Shown: positions 12,655 through 25,700 of the stretch, in pieces
Layout of the letters: every line of letters starts with the position of its first letter
Numbering within the stretch: position 1 is the first letter of the stretch
Assembly (NCBI RefSeq): GCF_006345805.1
Contig: NC_043010.1
Coordinates: 16,740,001 to 16,804,000 of the forward strand
Origin: Octopus sinensis
Taxonomy: Eukaryota
DNA: 64,000 bases
Direction: 5' to 3'
Notes under the pieces: generated by a model
What the model saw: the letters and a program-made list of their open reading frames with translations, nothing else
Told to the model about the DNA's origin: nothing
The model's database searches: none
Translations under genes and position numbers: made by a program

Positions 12655-12915
12655 TGCTATCATCATTTAATGTCCATTGTCCACGCTGGCATGGGTTGGA
12701 CAGTTTGACTGGGCTGGCACGCTGGAAGACTGCACCAGACTCCAGTCTGATTTGGCATGGTTTTCTATGGCTGGATGCCCTTTCTAATGCCACCCACTCT
12801 GAGAGTATAATGGGTGCTTCTATGTGTCACTGGCACGGGTGCCATTTGCGTGACACCGGTATCTCCCATGACTGCAATTTTGCTCGGCTTGATGGGTCTT
12901 CTTCTCAAGATGTCT
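12655..12915 (-). mobile_element. RTE-associated 3'UTR/tail repeat
   Basis: catcatttaatgtcc...gcatgggttggacagtttgact...ggatgccctttctaatgccacccactc, the recurrent (GAT)n-tailed repeat. Confidence 0.8.
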
Positions 12916-13375
12916 GAACATCAATTTGCAGAGGAATCAGAAAAACAGGTGAGAATCTGAGGGTCAAATGGTCAGTGAGGTAGGTGGAGGGGAGAATGGT
13001 GGTAATTTAGAGGAATGGAGAATATTTCTTCTGAAGTAGGAATACCAATTCAATGAGTACCAATGTTCAGGTAGCACATAGTTTTTTTTAGATAACCGAA
13101 GTACTCATGGTTATGATGATGATGATGAACTCAGGAGGGGTGGGGGTGGAGACAGTGCCACCCACACATTCCTTCATCAGACAAGATGGATTGATTTGTC
13201 TTTTAATCAATGTATGTATGCACATCACAACATCATTTATTTAAGCAGACACGTACACTTCTATCACACACATGCACACACACACACAAACCCGTGAAAT
13301 ATTTTTACATTTATTTCTACGCATCTATATTTGTCTATTTCCACTGTTTATTGGCTTAATTGGCAACATCTATCT

Positions 13376-13428
<53 letters not shown>

Positions 13429-13926
13429 CCTATCTCTCTCTATCTATCTATCTATGTGCAACCAACCTCACTCTTCACAAATCTTGTTACATATTTATTT
13501 ACCTATGTGTCCAAGTATTTATGTAAGTAACAATCTATGTATATCTATCTCAAGATATATATATATATATATATATCCACATATCTAGACAGACATACAT
13601 ATATATATGTATATGTATGTGTGTATGCATATCAGTCCATCAACAGCTATAATTAAGCAACCAATCTCTCATTAATCAAACTTCAAGCAGATTAGAAGAA
13701 TTATTGACCTAAAGCTGGCCGAAAGGAGTGGTTGATATCAAATGAATGAGTGGTGGGGGTGGATGGTATTGGTGGCAGTAGTGATGGTGATGGTAGGAAA
13801 AGTTGGAGAAAAGAGAAACATTCAGGCTGACATTCATTGACCTTATAATATCAAACAACAAACATATTCCTTACCATTGTTATTACTATTAAGGAAAATA
13901 TTATGACTGTTACTTAGGTCTTACAT

Positions 13927-13981
<55 letters not shown>

Positions 13982-14859
13982 CACACACACGCGCGCGCGT
14001 GCACACACGCACACACACGCACACAGACATGCACATCTATCAACATATACATATACAGACACACTTCAAAATATACATGCATACACATGCTTCTATACAA
14101 ACACATATACACATACACACACATGTATCTCCACTCACACACATACACACACACATGCATTTATATACACCCATATAAACATACATGTGGACAAACATGC
14201 TGATCGTTTCTGGAAATATGCAAGTTGGAGACAATATTTCTGGAAATGCATAAAATGGAAATGCAGTCAGAAGGATGATACAATATTGGGACCAGCTTTT
14301 TAGACTTGTTGGGTTTAAAAGAGTTATTATTGGAGGTGATTGGAGATTTCTTGATTATTTTGAGATATTGCTGACTTATGGCTGAACACAGAATAGATCC
14401 AGTTTGGTTGAACAGAGCCAATTTCCATTATAGAACAGGCTGCAGTTCTCAGTTGAGTCTGTTTTGAAGATTTCTTTGCAATCTTTCTTTGGCAAGGAAG
14501 TTCAGGCATTTTTGTTGTTTGTTGATTGTATCAAAAAAGGGTAAGAGTATCTTGGTAATCAGAAACACTCAGGATTGAGTGCAGAGTGTTTTCTTTTTGA
14601 TGAAGCTCCCTCTACCTATTGACTTTACAAGTTCCTCTAGGAGAGCAAAGTACTGCATGGCCAAAAGTTTGTTAAAGAGTGGTGGTTATGGCTCAGCTGA
14701 AGGGACCATCCACATATGTATGTAAGTAGGCTGAATACAACAGGTAAAAGCCACTTAGCCTTAGTAATCAGGGTAATCCTAGCTCTATTGAGTTTTTTGA
14801 TTTGCCCTTGACGGGGTTCCATCTTTACGGACATTTTTATAATTTCTTGCTACCAATGA

Positions 14860-15420
14860 AAATTTGGTAGGTTGTTTCTGGAGGACTTTCAGGCTAGGGA
14901 TCATGGGTAATTTCCAGAAACTGAAGCAGTGCTACTGGGGAGCAGGTTCAGAACTCTACAGGTATTGTAGTGCTGTCAGCCGCATCTGCGCAAAATGTGT
15001 GCAGAGCAACAGGACTATCTAGCATGCACTTGTACGGTGCTCAAGCATTGCAGACTTATGGAACTCTGTTGAACAGCTGCTGTCAAGTGTAGGACAGCTC
15101 CGGCTGTCAGCCAACTCCATTGTGAAGATCACTCTGTCCCCTTCCTTTGGTTGGGAAGGGCAAGCAGTTTCCTGCTGTCTGGTAGGTATCTTGAAAGAGG
15201 TTGTGAGGTGAATAGGATTGTAAAGAAACACTTTCCTGTTTGAGCAAGGCCTCACCAACTTTTTAAAATAACCATTAAGAAAGGAAGATGAGTATTAAGA
15301 GGGATGTGTTACCCCAACTTCCCCAGTAAATTTGTTGAAATTTGGGTGAATGTGGAATGGAGAGCTCAAGTGAGTGGGCCTACTCTAAGCTGGTACCAGT
15401 GAGGAAAGAGGAGCATTTGA
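14860..15420 (+). mobile_element. Second, more diverged Tx1/L1-clade 3' fragment
   Basis: IMGNFQKL...ICAKCVQSNRTI*HALVRCSSIADLWNSVEQLLSSVGQLRLSANSIVKITLSPSFGWEGQAV is colinear with the 10555 copy. Confidence 0.7.
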
Positions 15421-15592
15421 CATGAATGTCCTGGTGAAAAGGGAGGCCAGGATTTTCCAGCCTTACTGGGGATTTTATTTATTGAGAGGTTTTTGAATAT
15501 TGTTATTGTTTTAATATTTACACATTTCTTTGCAAATTCCAACTGTCCTTTGTCTTTGTATTGTTCTAAATGATTTTGGGGTTCTTGTGGCC

Positions 15593-15835
15593 AATAAATA
15601 AATAAATGTGCCCTTTTAAAGCCTAGCCAGGCTCATGGACCCAGTTTCCCGGTTTCAATGTCGTATGTGTTCCCCAGCTGGATGGGACGCCAGTCCATCG
15701 CAGCGTTACTCATTTTTGCCAGCTGAGTGGACTGGAGCAACGTGAAATGAAATGTTTTGCTTAAGAACATGTGTCGCCTGCTCCAGGAATCGAAACCACA
15801 ATCTTACGATCATGGTGCTGACACCCTAACCACTG
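15593..15835 (-). mobile_element. tRNA-derived SINE with CORE-like and V-domain-like segments and an (TTTA)n tail
   Basis: The reverse complement has a tRNA-like head (ggttagggtgtcagcacc...ggtttcgattcctgg), then gttcttaagcaaaacatttcatttcacgttgctcc, then gctgcgatggactggcgtcccatccagctgggg. Confidence 0.75.
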
Positions 15836-16439
15836 GCCAATAAATAAATAAATATGCCCTTTTAAAGCCTAGCCAGGCTCATGGGTCTTGTGGCCAATAA
15901 AAAAAAAAATAATAATATTATTATTGTTGTTGTTGTTGTTACAAAAGTGTTGTGCATATGTGATGGTGGTCAGTGTTGGAGTGGTGCGAAGAATGCACTC
16001 AGCTATAAAATGCTGTTAAATCATTAAATAACGTTAGATTATAACTTGAACTGACGGGATGTATTAATGATTGATGTATTAATGATTGATGAGGGTTTAG
16101 TCATGAAGTGGATGGCTAGGAAGAATGGCAGAGGTGTGGAGAGAGGTGGGGGATTGAAGAGAAGGAGTTTGGTAAGGCTTTCTTTGCAAGGCTGAGCACA
16201 TGTCCAGTTGCAGAGATATAGGCTTAGGTGTCTTGTCAGTCTTAACACATTCACATTTGTGTATTTGTGTGTGTGTGTGGTGTGTGTGTGCATGCGTGTG
16301 GTCCTGTCAATGTTTTCACATACACGCATGTACACACATGTACATATAAATAGATAAATGATATGTGGGTGTTTGTGTGTTCGTGTGTGTATATGAGCAC
16401 ACACAGACACACGAACACACACACACACACATATAAGTG

Positions 16440-16600
16440 CAAGAATGGCTGATGGTTAAGAAATCTGCTTTGTAACTAGATTGTTCCGGGTTCATTTCAT
16501 GGTGTTCCACCTTGAGCAAGTGCCTTCATCCCTAGCCTTGAGTTGACCAATACCTCACTAGTGGAATTTGGTAGATGGAAGTTGTGCAGAGCACCACCAT
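16440..16600 (+). mobile_element. CORE-type tRNA-derived SINE, decayed
   Basis: ggctgatggttaag...caccttgagcaagtg...gaccaatacc...gaatttggtagatggaa. Confidence 0.65.
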
Positions 16601-16745
16601 CATATATACGTATATATGTACACGCATATAAACATGCATATGTCTGTACATTCATATTTATGTACATACATATATATTTTTGTTCTCTCTCTCTATCTTC
16701 TACACACACACACATATATACAATTTTTCCTTTATGGTTATATGT

Positions 16746-16793
<48 letters not shown>

Positions 16794-17015
16794 ATCAACC
16801 GGTGTTGTTCAAACGATGAATAGCTTTGCATAAACCATGGTCCGTTTTGTTCTCTTACTTTATTATCATCTTATAATCATCTCATAATAATGACTTTTAT
16901 GACTCTTATCACTACTTCAGTCAATCTAAATGTATATATTTGTCGTTACCTGTCAATAATAGCCTTTTTTTATTTGCAATGTGCATTTTCGTTGATTTTT
17001 CATATTTTACCCCTA

Positions 17016-17047
<32 letters not shown>

Positions 17048-18112
17048 GATAGATAGATAGATAGATATATATATATCTAATTCATAAATGAGGGCAAAGG
17101 AAAAAAATTTCCAATGCCAAATATGCCAAAAAATTGGACATATTGTCCATTAACCATATAATTTTTTCACAATACGCATGCTACTAAAATTTTTTTCGAG
17201 AAAATATTTTTTTTGTAAAGAATTTTATCCCCACATTTGATATATATATATCTATCTATATCTATATCTATATATATATATATATATATATACATATGAG
17301 AGAGAGAGAGAGAGTTATTGTGTTATTGTTAGTGGGTTTATGAACACAGGGATACTGAGGACATTGGACTAAGACTGAATCAGTTTAATCTGGTGACTAT
17401 TTCTGACAACTGGTTCTCCACGAGGAACATTTATTCCATCAGCCAGACTTGTTTAACAAAAGTTCAAAGAAGAAAGTCACAAACCTCTTAGAAAAAGAAT
17501 GCTGTGAGTTGGAATTCTTAGTTTCAGAAAAAGGTATGTCCTTTCAGAGTGTAAAAGACAGCTGAAAGGATTGACGATAGACACACACACACACACATTT
17601 ATAAATACATATAATCCATTCCATATGCATATAATATACACAAAGATGTATATGTATATGTGTTGGTGAGTACACCTATATAATGTGTGTGTGTGTGTGT
17701 GTGCATACTGTGAAAAATAGTCGATGTTAGAATGGGGATACAGCTGTAGAAATGGCTGGATTAGGGCTTGTCTTCTGACCGATGTGGGAGGCTGACAGCA
17801 CAGAATTCGAGGTGATTTGGTCTGTGATGAGCTGTTCAACCCATGTTCACAAGGAAAACAGAAACAAAACGATGACAATGACAGTATGTGTGTAGACACA
17901 CACATACACACATACAACAGATAATAGATATTCACAAAATTTTATTGCCACAAATGAAAGAGCACTTGATGTTGTACAAGTTAACATTTATAATTAAACG
18001 GTTAATGATCTTTCAGATAGGTTTTGTGCCTCTGACCAATCACAGACATACCACACATGTGAAACTTTAAATAATGTAGTGGTGAATCACTAACAGGTTA
18101 ATGTGTGTGTGT

Positions 18113-18149
<37 letters not shown>

Positions 18150-18198
18150 ATATATATATATATATATATACACACACATACACATATGTATGTGCATG

Positions 18199-18230
<32 letters not shown>

Positions 18231-18959
18231 AGCACGCATGTTTATTTATATGTGTGTGTATATGATTGTGTAAAGATAAAATATACACAAAATAAGTAGC
18301 AAGAAACTAAAGTAGAGAACAAAAAGAAAAAAAAGATGTTTGGAGGTTGTGGAGTGAAGAAGATCGATGAATTCAATCTCCATCACCCACTGACCTACAT
18401 CGGCACCACCGCCAACACCACCAGCACAACACAACCGGTGCCAAAATCAACCAAAAATAACAATACGCCTCTAACCTCACCCTGAACTTTGCTTTGCACA
18501 CACACACACACACACACACACCACTGCCTTTCAAACACAGACAGTTTTTCATACAAATAGCAGAATATATAGAAATGTTGCTGGACATGCAGGCAGCCGG
18601 ACATGAAGAAAGGTAGAGATGTAAATAGACAGATGGACAACGTATAGAAAGACAGACAGACCGATGTAGAAACAATAGTTGAATCAGGGTTGGCATATTT
18701 AATGCATGGAGTATTGTGAACTAGAAATATTTGTTTCCAGAGAAATGGTTAAGTTAATAATGTGTTTAATGTGTGGAGTATTACACAAATAACTAGACAT
18801 AATTATGTGGTAAGACAAATCATACAGACACAGAGTTAAGATAAGGCCAACATATTTAACATATAAGCATGATAAGCTAACACACACATAATTACAAGGT
18901 CTCACACACACACACACACAGATAGACAGACAGAAAAGTAGATAGATGGGTAGTTAAAT

Positions 18960-18965
18960 ACAGAA

Positions 18966-19033
<68 letters not shown>

Positions 19034-19115
19034 GTAGGTAGGTAGGTAGGTAGGTAGATAGATAGACAGATAGGTAGGTAGATAGATAGATAGGTAGGTA
19101 GGTAGTTAGATAGAT
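18960..19115. repeat. (GATA)n/(GGTA)n compound microsatellite
   Basis: Read directly from the sequence. Confidence 0.95.
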
Positions 19116-19529
19116 AGTTAGCAAAACTGATAGATGAGTTACTATAGTTAATGAAGAAGCATTATAAAGTTATGTAGAACTAATATGGTGAGGAGAGAAG
19201 ACTGTCCATCGATGACTAAAGTTACTTTCATTTCAATGGCAAAAATGGGAGACAACTCCAAATCTGGTTAAGTGTGAGTATGTGAGCCGAGCCAGCCTCA
19301 GCGGTACTTGGTGGTACATGGTGAACCAGAGACGAGAGAAGAATAAAATAAATGTAGAGACGTGTATAAATATATTTGTTGGCATAAGAAAATGGAATTA
19401 ATTAGGAATTATATAATTCAGAAAATATATTCACATTAAGCAAACTCTAATTAAGATACGGTTAAGATATTTAAAGTAGAGAGGATTATTAATTAGAAGT
19501 AATTATAGTCAGAAGCAGGTGCGAGTGTG

Positions 19530-19790
19530 GTGGTATGAACCAATTAGTTTGAAGTTCAGTCCTATAGCATGGCAACTTGAGCAAGTGTCTGCTACCATAG
19601 CCTTGTGACTGGATGATTTGGTAGATGGAAACTAGAAGCCCATCATATATGTATGTGTGTGTGTGTGTGTGTGTCCATCCTTGTCTTGACATAATTGTAA
19701 ATGAATGTTACCATCATAGAAGTTGTGTGATTCATTCATAATCTTCTCTGAAAACATGTCCGGCCATTGTGCTGTTCTGTTTGATGGAGA
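19530..19790 (+). mobile_element. CORE-type SINE with an internal (TG)n tract
   Basis: caacttgagcaagtgtctgctaccatagcc...ggatgatttggtagatggaaact...(TG)n...tccttgtcttgacat. Confidence 0.65.
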
Positions 19791-20111
19791 CTGGGGTGGT
19801 GGTGGTGGTGGAGGGGTGTGGAGAGGATATTTACCTGGCTTGGAAATAGGTGATGGCTGGTGACAGGATTAGCAGCTAACCTCCACAAATCTGCCTCAAC
19901 AAACACACTCTGACCCATGCAAACAGGGAAAAGTGGACATTAAATGATGATGGTGATGACATTTGTGTGGGGGTGGGGACAGCACCAGAATCACCATCTT
20001 ATCCAGAAGATGAGGCCGAGTAGTTCTTGAAACATTAATGGAATAAGGAATGTCTATCACTCAAAACTAAATAGAACAATAAAGAAATAAGAGAAAAACA
20101 TAAAAGAACTT

Positions 20112-20615
20112 ATCATCATCATCATCATTTAACATCTGTTTTCCACGCTGGTATGGGTTGGAAGGTTTGAGTGAAGGTGGTAAGGCCAAGGGCCTCACCA
20201 GGCTCCGTTGTCTGCTATGGTATGGTTTCTACAGATGGATGCTCTTCCTAAAGCCAACCATTCCACAGAGTATACTGGTTGCTTTTTATGTGGCACCATC
20301 ACCAGTATCAATCCTGCTGTGGTGGACAGGTCTTCTAGAGTACAACAAAGCACCAGATATCTCGGTCCTTTATTATCTCCTTTGCAAGGCTCAGTGTCTT
20401 AAGATTGGCTTTCATCACTTTGTTCCATGTCTTCCTGGATCTCTTTCTTCCAGAAGATTCCTCTGCAAGTGATCGGCACTTTTGTATCCAACTGTCCACA
20501 TCCATCCGCATCACATGACCAAACCAGCACAGTCATCTTCTCTCTTGCACACTGCATCTAATTCCTTTTGTGCCCAACATTTCTTTCAAAACACTAGTGC
20601 TCCATCGCAGCGGAG
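20112..20615 (-). mobile_element. RTE LINE 3' end (C-terminal coding region, 3'UTR, (GAT)n tail)
   Basis: Minus frame EMLGTKGIRCSVQER...WFGHVMRMDVDSWIQKC...RKRSRKTWNKVMK joined directly to the recurrent tail repeat, which links that repeat to RTE. Confidence 0.85.
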
Positions 20616-20649
20616 CATACTATCTTTATTCGTCTCTAGCCTCTGAATG

Positions 20650-21080
20650 TCTTCTGAAGACAGTGAGGGGAAACGCTGGATAGAGGGGGTAGCAGGGGGG
20701 AAGACATATATTCCAGCAAGATTCTGCATGGCCAGGAAGACTCAAAAGTGGTTCTCAGATAACTTTTATGACCTGAATGCAATCTTTTCAACAATTTTTT
20801 GTTAGGTGCAGGTAAAAGAGTCACCAACAAGATTGCCTACAACACCAAGGACAAAGTGAAAGAATGCATCTGCCAGGCATTCCATGAAATGCACTGGTTC
20901 CTAATTTTCTGGTTGCCTTGAAGAGGTTATTGAAGCTGGTGGGGTTATATTAAATAAGTATTATACAGGGTCTGTAATTTAATGTATCTTGAATTTTCAA
21001 TAAGTCTCAAAAGATAAAAATTTTATACTCTTTTTTCCAAGCTCTGTTACTTATGCTAATTCTATGTTCACACCCTCTGT
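20650..21080 (+). mobile_element. Tc1/mariner superfamily (maT/DD37D-like) transposon 3' fragment
   Basis: KRWIEGVAGGRHIFQQDSA, ...VTNKIAYNTKDK..., LEEVIEAGG, then a terminal ...caccct motif. Confidence 0.7.
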
Positions 21081-21949
21081 GTGTGTGTGTGTGCATGCAT
21101 GTCTGTGTGTGTGTGTACACGTGTGTGTTTACATTTGTGTTTCTTTGAAAAAGCATGCAACCAAGACCTGATATTTATCCCCTAAGCAGATCAAACACAA
21201 GTTTTTCACCTGTGAAGGTGTGTGCAATAAGATATCCCATACTTGAAAAACAGGTATAAGTTAATGACTAAAAGGGCTTCTGGTTGCAAAACAAAGTCTC
21301 AATAGCATATTTCTCTAACCAAATGGACATAAAAATGAATGAAATATATATATATATATGTGTGTACATATGTATATTTGTTTGGGTATATATATGTATA
21401 TGTGTGTTTGGGTATATATGGATGAAGTACAGGTGTATCTATTACATGGCAGATCATAAACAGCAAAAAGGTAAATGTGTAATCAAAATGTATACAAACA
21501 TCAACACACATTGAAAATCATATTTGACATAAATAAGCAGACAAGAAGGGCAGGAAATTATGGATTAATTGGAAGAAGAAATGGGGGAAAAAAAACAAGA
21601 AAAAATTGGTCACTAGATTTTGAACCCCCGTCAAGGATATAAGAAAGAGAGCACGAGTGAAAAGATGCTGAGCTAGAGAAGATCCATAGAAGCATAGAGA
21701 AATGGATGTGGTGGTGGTGGTGGTGGTGATGATGATGATGATGATGATGATGTAGTAGTAGTAGTAGTAGTAGTAGCAATTTATCAGTTTCAGCCAGTGA
21801 GTTTATTGTATGTTGAAGCAGGTAAGTTAAATCAGGACATACAATATATTAATAGAAATCATAATTAACCAAAACAATTATAAAGAACCTAGCATGGCAA
21901 ATAATAATGATGATGATGATGGTGGTGATGATGATGAGCTTATTGTATA

Positions 21950-22840
21950 GAGAGCTCCTCAGGAGAATATTGATGACATCTTCCCCAAACAAAAATTATT
22001 CAGTCAAATCTCACATTATCAAAATATTCTGGAAAACAACACAATCAGAACGTACCGTAACGAGACTCACAGAACAAAAGAATTAGAGGAAGGGCAGATT
22101 ATCTGTGGGATACACACCTTCTTCCTGTTGCATTGATGTAACATTCTATACACCGAGAGAGTTCTTCACTTTGGAAACACCTCCCATTCCAAACAAATGC
22201 AATTATTGCAAGTCCTTCCACAAAAATAACATCAAAGCAAGCTATGGCTACATGGCCATTGTAGATAATCAAATTGAGATAACTAACAGCATAAATTGCA
22301 CATCTAGGAATAAGTCCAAACCATCTTTGAATGCCACTACAGCAGCATAATATTTTGTCCACTAAAAGGCAAATGTTTCCCAAAGGCCATGTATTCTCTT
22401 AAAATATTACCAGGAGATGCTATTGAAAAATAGATTATATTGGAATAACAACATATTCAAGAGCAGAATACACACATAACAACCATTTATAAAACACTTA
22501 TATAGCATCATATTGAATTTTGTTGTATTTTGTAATAGTATTATTATCTCTGATTAAATATCAAAGTCTTTCATCATTATCTATGACCTGGTCACAGAGA
22601 CTAGAGAGAAAGGTCAGAGAGTAGAATTTATTCAAAAGTAGATACAGAGATCATATTTATTCCTGCCATATTGGAAGCAAAAGAAATGGTATGTTGCTAA
22701 CATAATAATAGCTGGATCTTGAAGGTAAATGGTATTGATAACCTATCAAGATTGTAATTACTGCTTCTTTTTACACCAATGGCTCAAGAAGATGTTTTCT
22801 TTGTCTAGCAGAAAAGTACAATATTCTTATACAAGAAACT
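21950..22840 (+). mobile_element. Second Penelope-like fragment (RT C-terminus plus GIY-YIG), heavily decayed
   Basis: REFFTL...KSFHKNNIKASYGYM; CPLKGKCFPKAMY; DYIGIT; YTNGSRRCFLCLAEKYNIL, all colinear with 2250-2945. Confidence 0.7.
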
Positions 22841-23099
22841 ATATAAGACGGCAGACATAAGGCTAATGAATGTCTTTCAGTTATATAAGAGTTGGTTCCC
22901 AAAGCAGTTGCAACAACAGGCTTGTGTTACACAACTGAAACTGGCCACCAAACCGATGATGGGTTCAGAAGAAATCAAATTTCATACAAACAATCAGATG
23001 GGGGAAACTTGCACATTGTGACACAGAAACAGTTTCAAACAAATGTATGAATTAGTCTATGTGGTATTATGTTGTCATGTGTTTGTGTGTGTGATAACA

Positions 23100-23520
23100 T
23101 ACAGAGTCTGTCAAAAATGAAGCCAGACTTTTAAACAGTGTATCAACCGACCGGCACGGCATGCGTATGACTGTATACTTGGGTGACCTTGACCTTTAAT
23201 CCAACAACAGTTGCATCACCCTATATCTGTTTCTCTTTGGTTTAATTGTACTACAGTAAACGTAGGCTGAGTGTGCATGGTGATTTGTTGCAAGCTGAGC
23301 ACTGAAGGGCAACATCGTGTTTGTGTGAAATTTCCTTTCAAATTGGCAGGAACACTTTTATGGAGACTTTGCTAAAGTTGCAAAAGCTCCAGGGGACAGT
23401 GCAGTCCTAGGGGACAATGTTGGCAACATCACAAATAGTATCAGTGTTTCAAATTAGGAAGAACATCCACTGAAAATGATTCCAAATCTAAGCAACTGTT
23501 TATGACAACAAATACCATTT
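23100..23520 (+). mobile_element. Mariner transposon 5' fragment
   Basis: TA plus a TIR-like cagagtctgtcaaaaa; HTH remnant resembling QHRVCVKF.FKL....ETFAKLQKA.GDSAV...YQCFKLGRTSTEND. Confidence 0.65.
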
Positions 23521-25364
23521 ACACTGCAACAAGTGCTGCCTAACTGTCCAAGAAGGTTCTGAAGAAGTCATCATCATCATCATCATGACAGGAAAAGGTA
23601 GGGTAGGAGGTCTATAAAAGGTAGACAAAAATTGAAAATGTGCTTTCTCAAAATCTATCTCAATTTGTCAATTGAAGAAGAACAAATTTTAGCTGATTGA
23701 ATTAATAAAAGATAGAATTTACATCCAGAAATGTAAATGAATTAAATTGAAGATTTATTTTGAAATAATAATCTTTCTTCATCATTATCTCAACAGTCAT
23801 AGAATAAAGATGGACTGATATCACCAACCGATGAACTGACTGACAATAAAACTGATGCAGCGGATAATGGTAAATCCAGTTTTTTAATTAAATTGACTCT
23901 TCATCTTTGTACTAAGCACTCAGTAAACAATGTCAAAGCTTGTTAATAGATGACCAAAGTACAAACAGAGATACTTCATTATTGATATAGTTAGCATAAA
24001 GAAGCCTCTGCATGGCTTCTGAACTAGCTAGAAATAATAAGCAAATCTTCTTCACATCTTTAAAATAAAATGTTACAACAGGAGTATCTTTGATCATATG
24101 CCTATTCAGCAAAGCCTGACCTAGGGTTAAACAGCATGACACTACTAGGATTACTCCCCACTAACACTTTCATCTGCATCACCACCACAATCAGCATCAG
24201 CAACTCAAAGAATTACTCAAAGAATTCCTAAGTTCTGTGTTATTGTTCAACTTGCCTATAAATTTTAGGTTATGCTTAGGGTTAATCCATCACTTGGCCT
24301 AACACTTCCTCCTCCTGGCCCCTTTAAACAATAAAGGGTTCACACTGTTGCAATCATTCAAACCAAATTTACGGGTTGACTGTAACTTCTTTCTTTCCAA
24401 AAGTAGTGGAGGCCCTAAAAAGGATTTTAAAAAATCTGTTGCCCTTCCACTTCTGACTAAGTTATGACAAAACTCTCCTTCAACAAATCCCCTGACAACT
24501 TATCAACCTGTTAAATTGTTAAAATCTTAGACTGACATACTCCCACCCCACTCCCACCCCACCCGGCCCACTACTTCAATGGTTGGTTCAATCAACCATC
24601 TCTCTGCCTTACAACTAGAGGAAAGCTTCTGATTGGTCACTGAAAATAGTAGTTAATTGCCCTTAAATCACACGATCCAGTCTTAAAACCATGCAGAAAA
24701 CATTGAATAATATACTATGTTTGAAAATAAGCTGGAATGGTCATGGCTAGAAAGCTGTTGATTATAAGATCAGCTGAATCAGCTCATCCAAGGGTTACAC
24801 AATAACATTACTATTGATCCAGAATGGCTCTACATCTGGTCTATGAGGACTGGCCTCAGGCAAAACAACATGGAGCAACAACAATAACATCAACAACCAC
24901 GACCAAAGGTAAGAAGATTTTGCATGCAATAAGTTCAACAACTTACTTACATCTTGACACTCTAAAGCCCCCTTCTCAACACCACCACCACCACCAACAC
25001 TACCACATACCACACTAAATCAATATAGTTGGCTAATGGGGGGAATTTAGTCAGATTACCAAAATCATTAATATCAAAAACAAAAGTGCAGTTTTTAGAA
25101 ATGGATGGATGGATGGACAGCCAATGGTTGAAGGAATTTCAAAATGGATTAACAGCCAAATGGATGGACAGTCAATGGTTGAAGGAATGTTATAATTCCA
25201 AACAAGCAGCAAAAACCTTATGCAGAAATACAAAAAAATCTTCAATTAAAAAAGATAAAGCTGGAAAGTAGCTATATATAAATGGAATGTTGATGTGTGT
25301 GTGTGCACATGCACATATGCATGAGTGCATGCATGTGTGTGTATATATATATTATAAACATCAC

Positions 25365-25700
25365 CATTTAATGCCCATGTTTCATGCTGGTATGGATACG
25401 ACACACACAATCCAACAGGATCCACAAGACTGCCTTATGCTCCAGTGTCTGTTTTGGCATGGATGCCTTTCCTACTGTCAACCACTTTACAGAGTGTCTG
25501 CTAGGTGCTTTTCATGTGGTACCACCACTAGTGAAGTCACCATGCAGCCTCCCAAGACTAAAACCTCCTCCGATTGAGTGAAGCTACAAGTGGCTTTATG
25601 GCAGGAGTGGTGGTGGCCAGAACAGAATGGGTTTCTTGCTGTAGAGGCGCTACACAGCTACTCGCAGTAAGTAGAGAGCAGATGGAGGTGCCCAGGGTGG
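25365..25700 (-). mobile_element. RTE 3'UTR/tail repeat, decayed
   Basis: caccatttaatgcccatgtttcatgctggtatgg...ggatgcctttcctactgtcaaccactttacagagtg. Confidence 0.6.
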
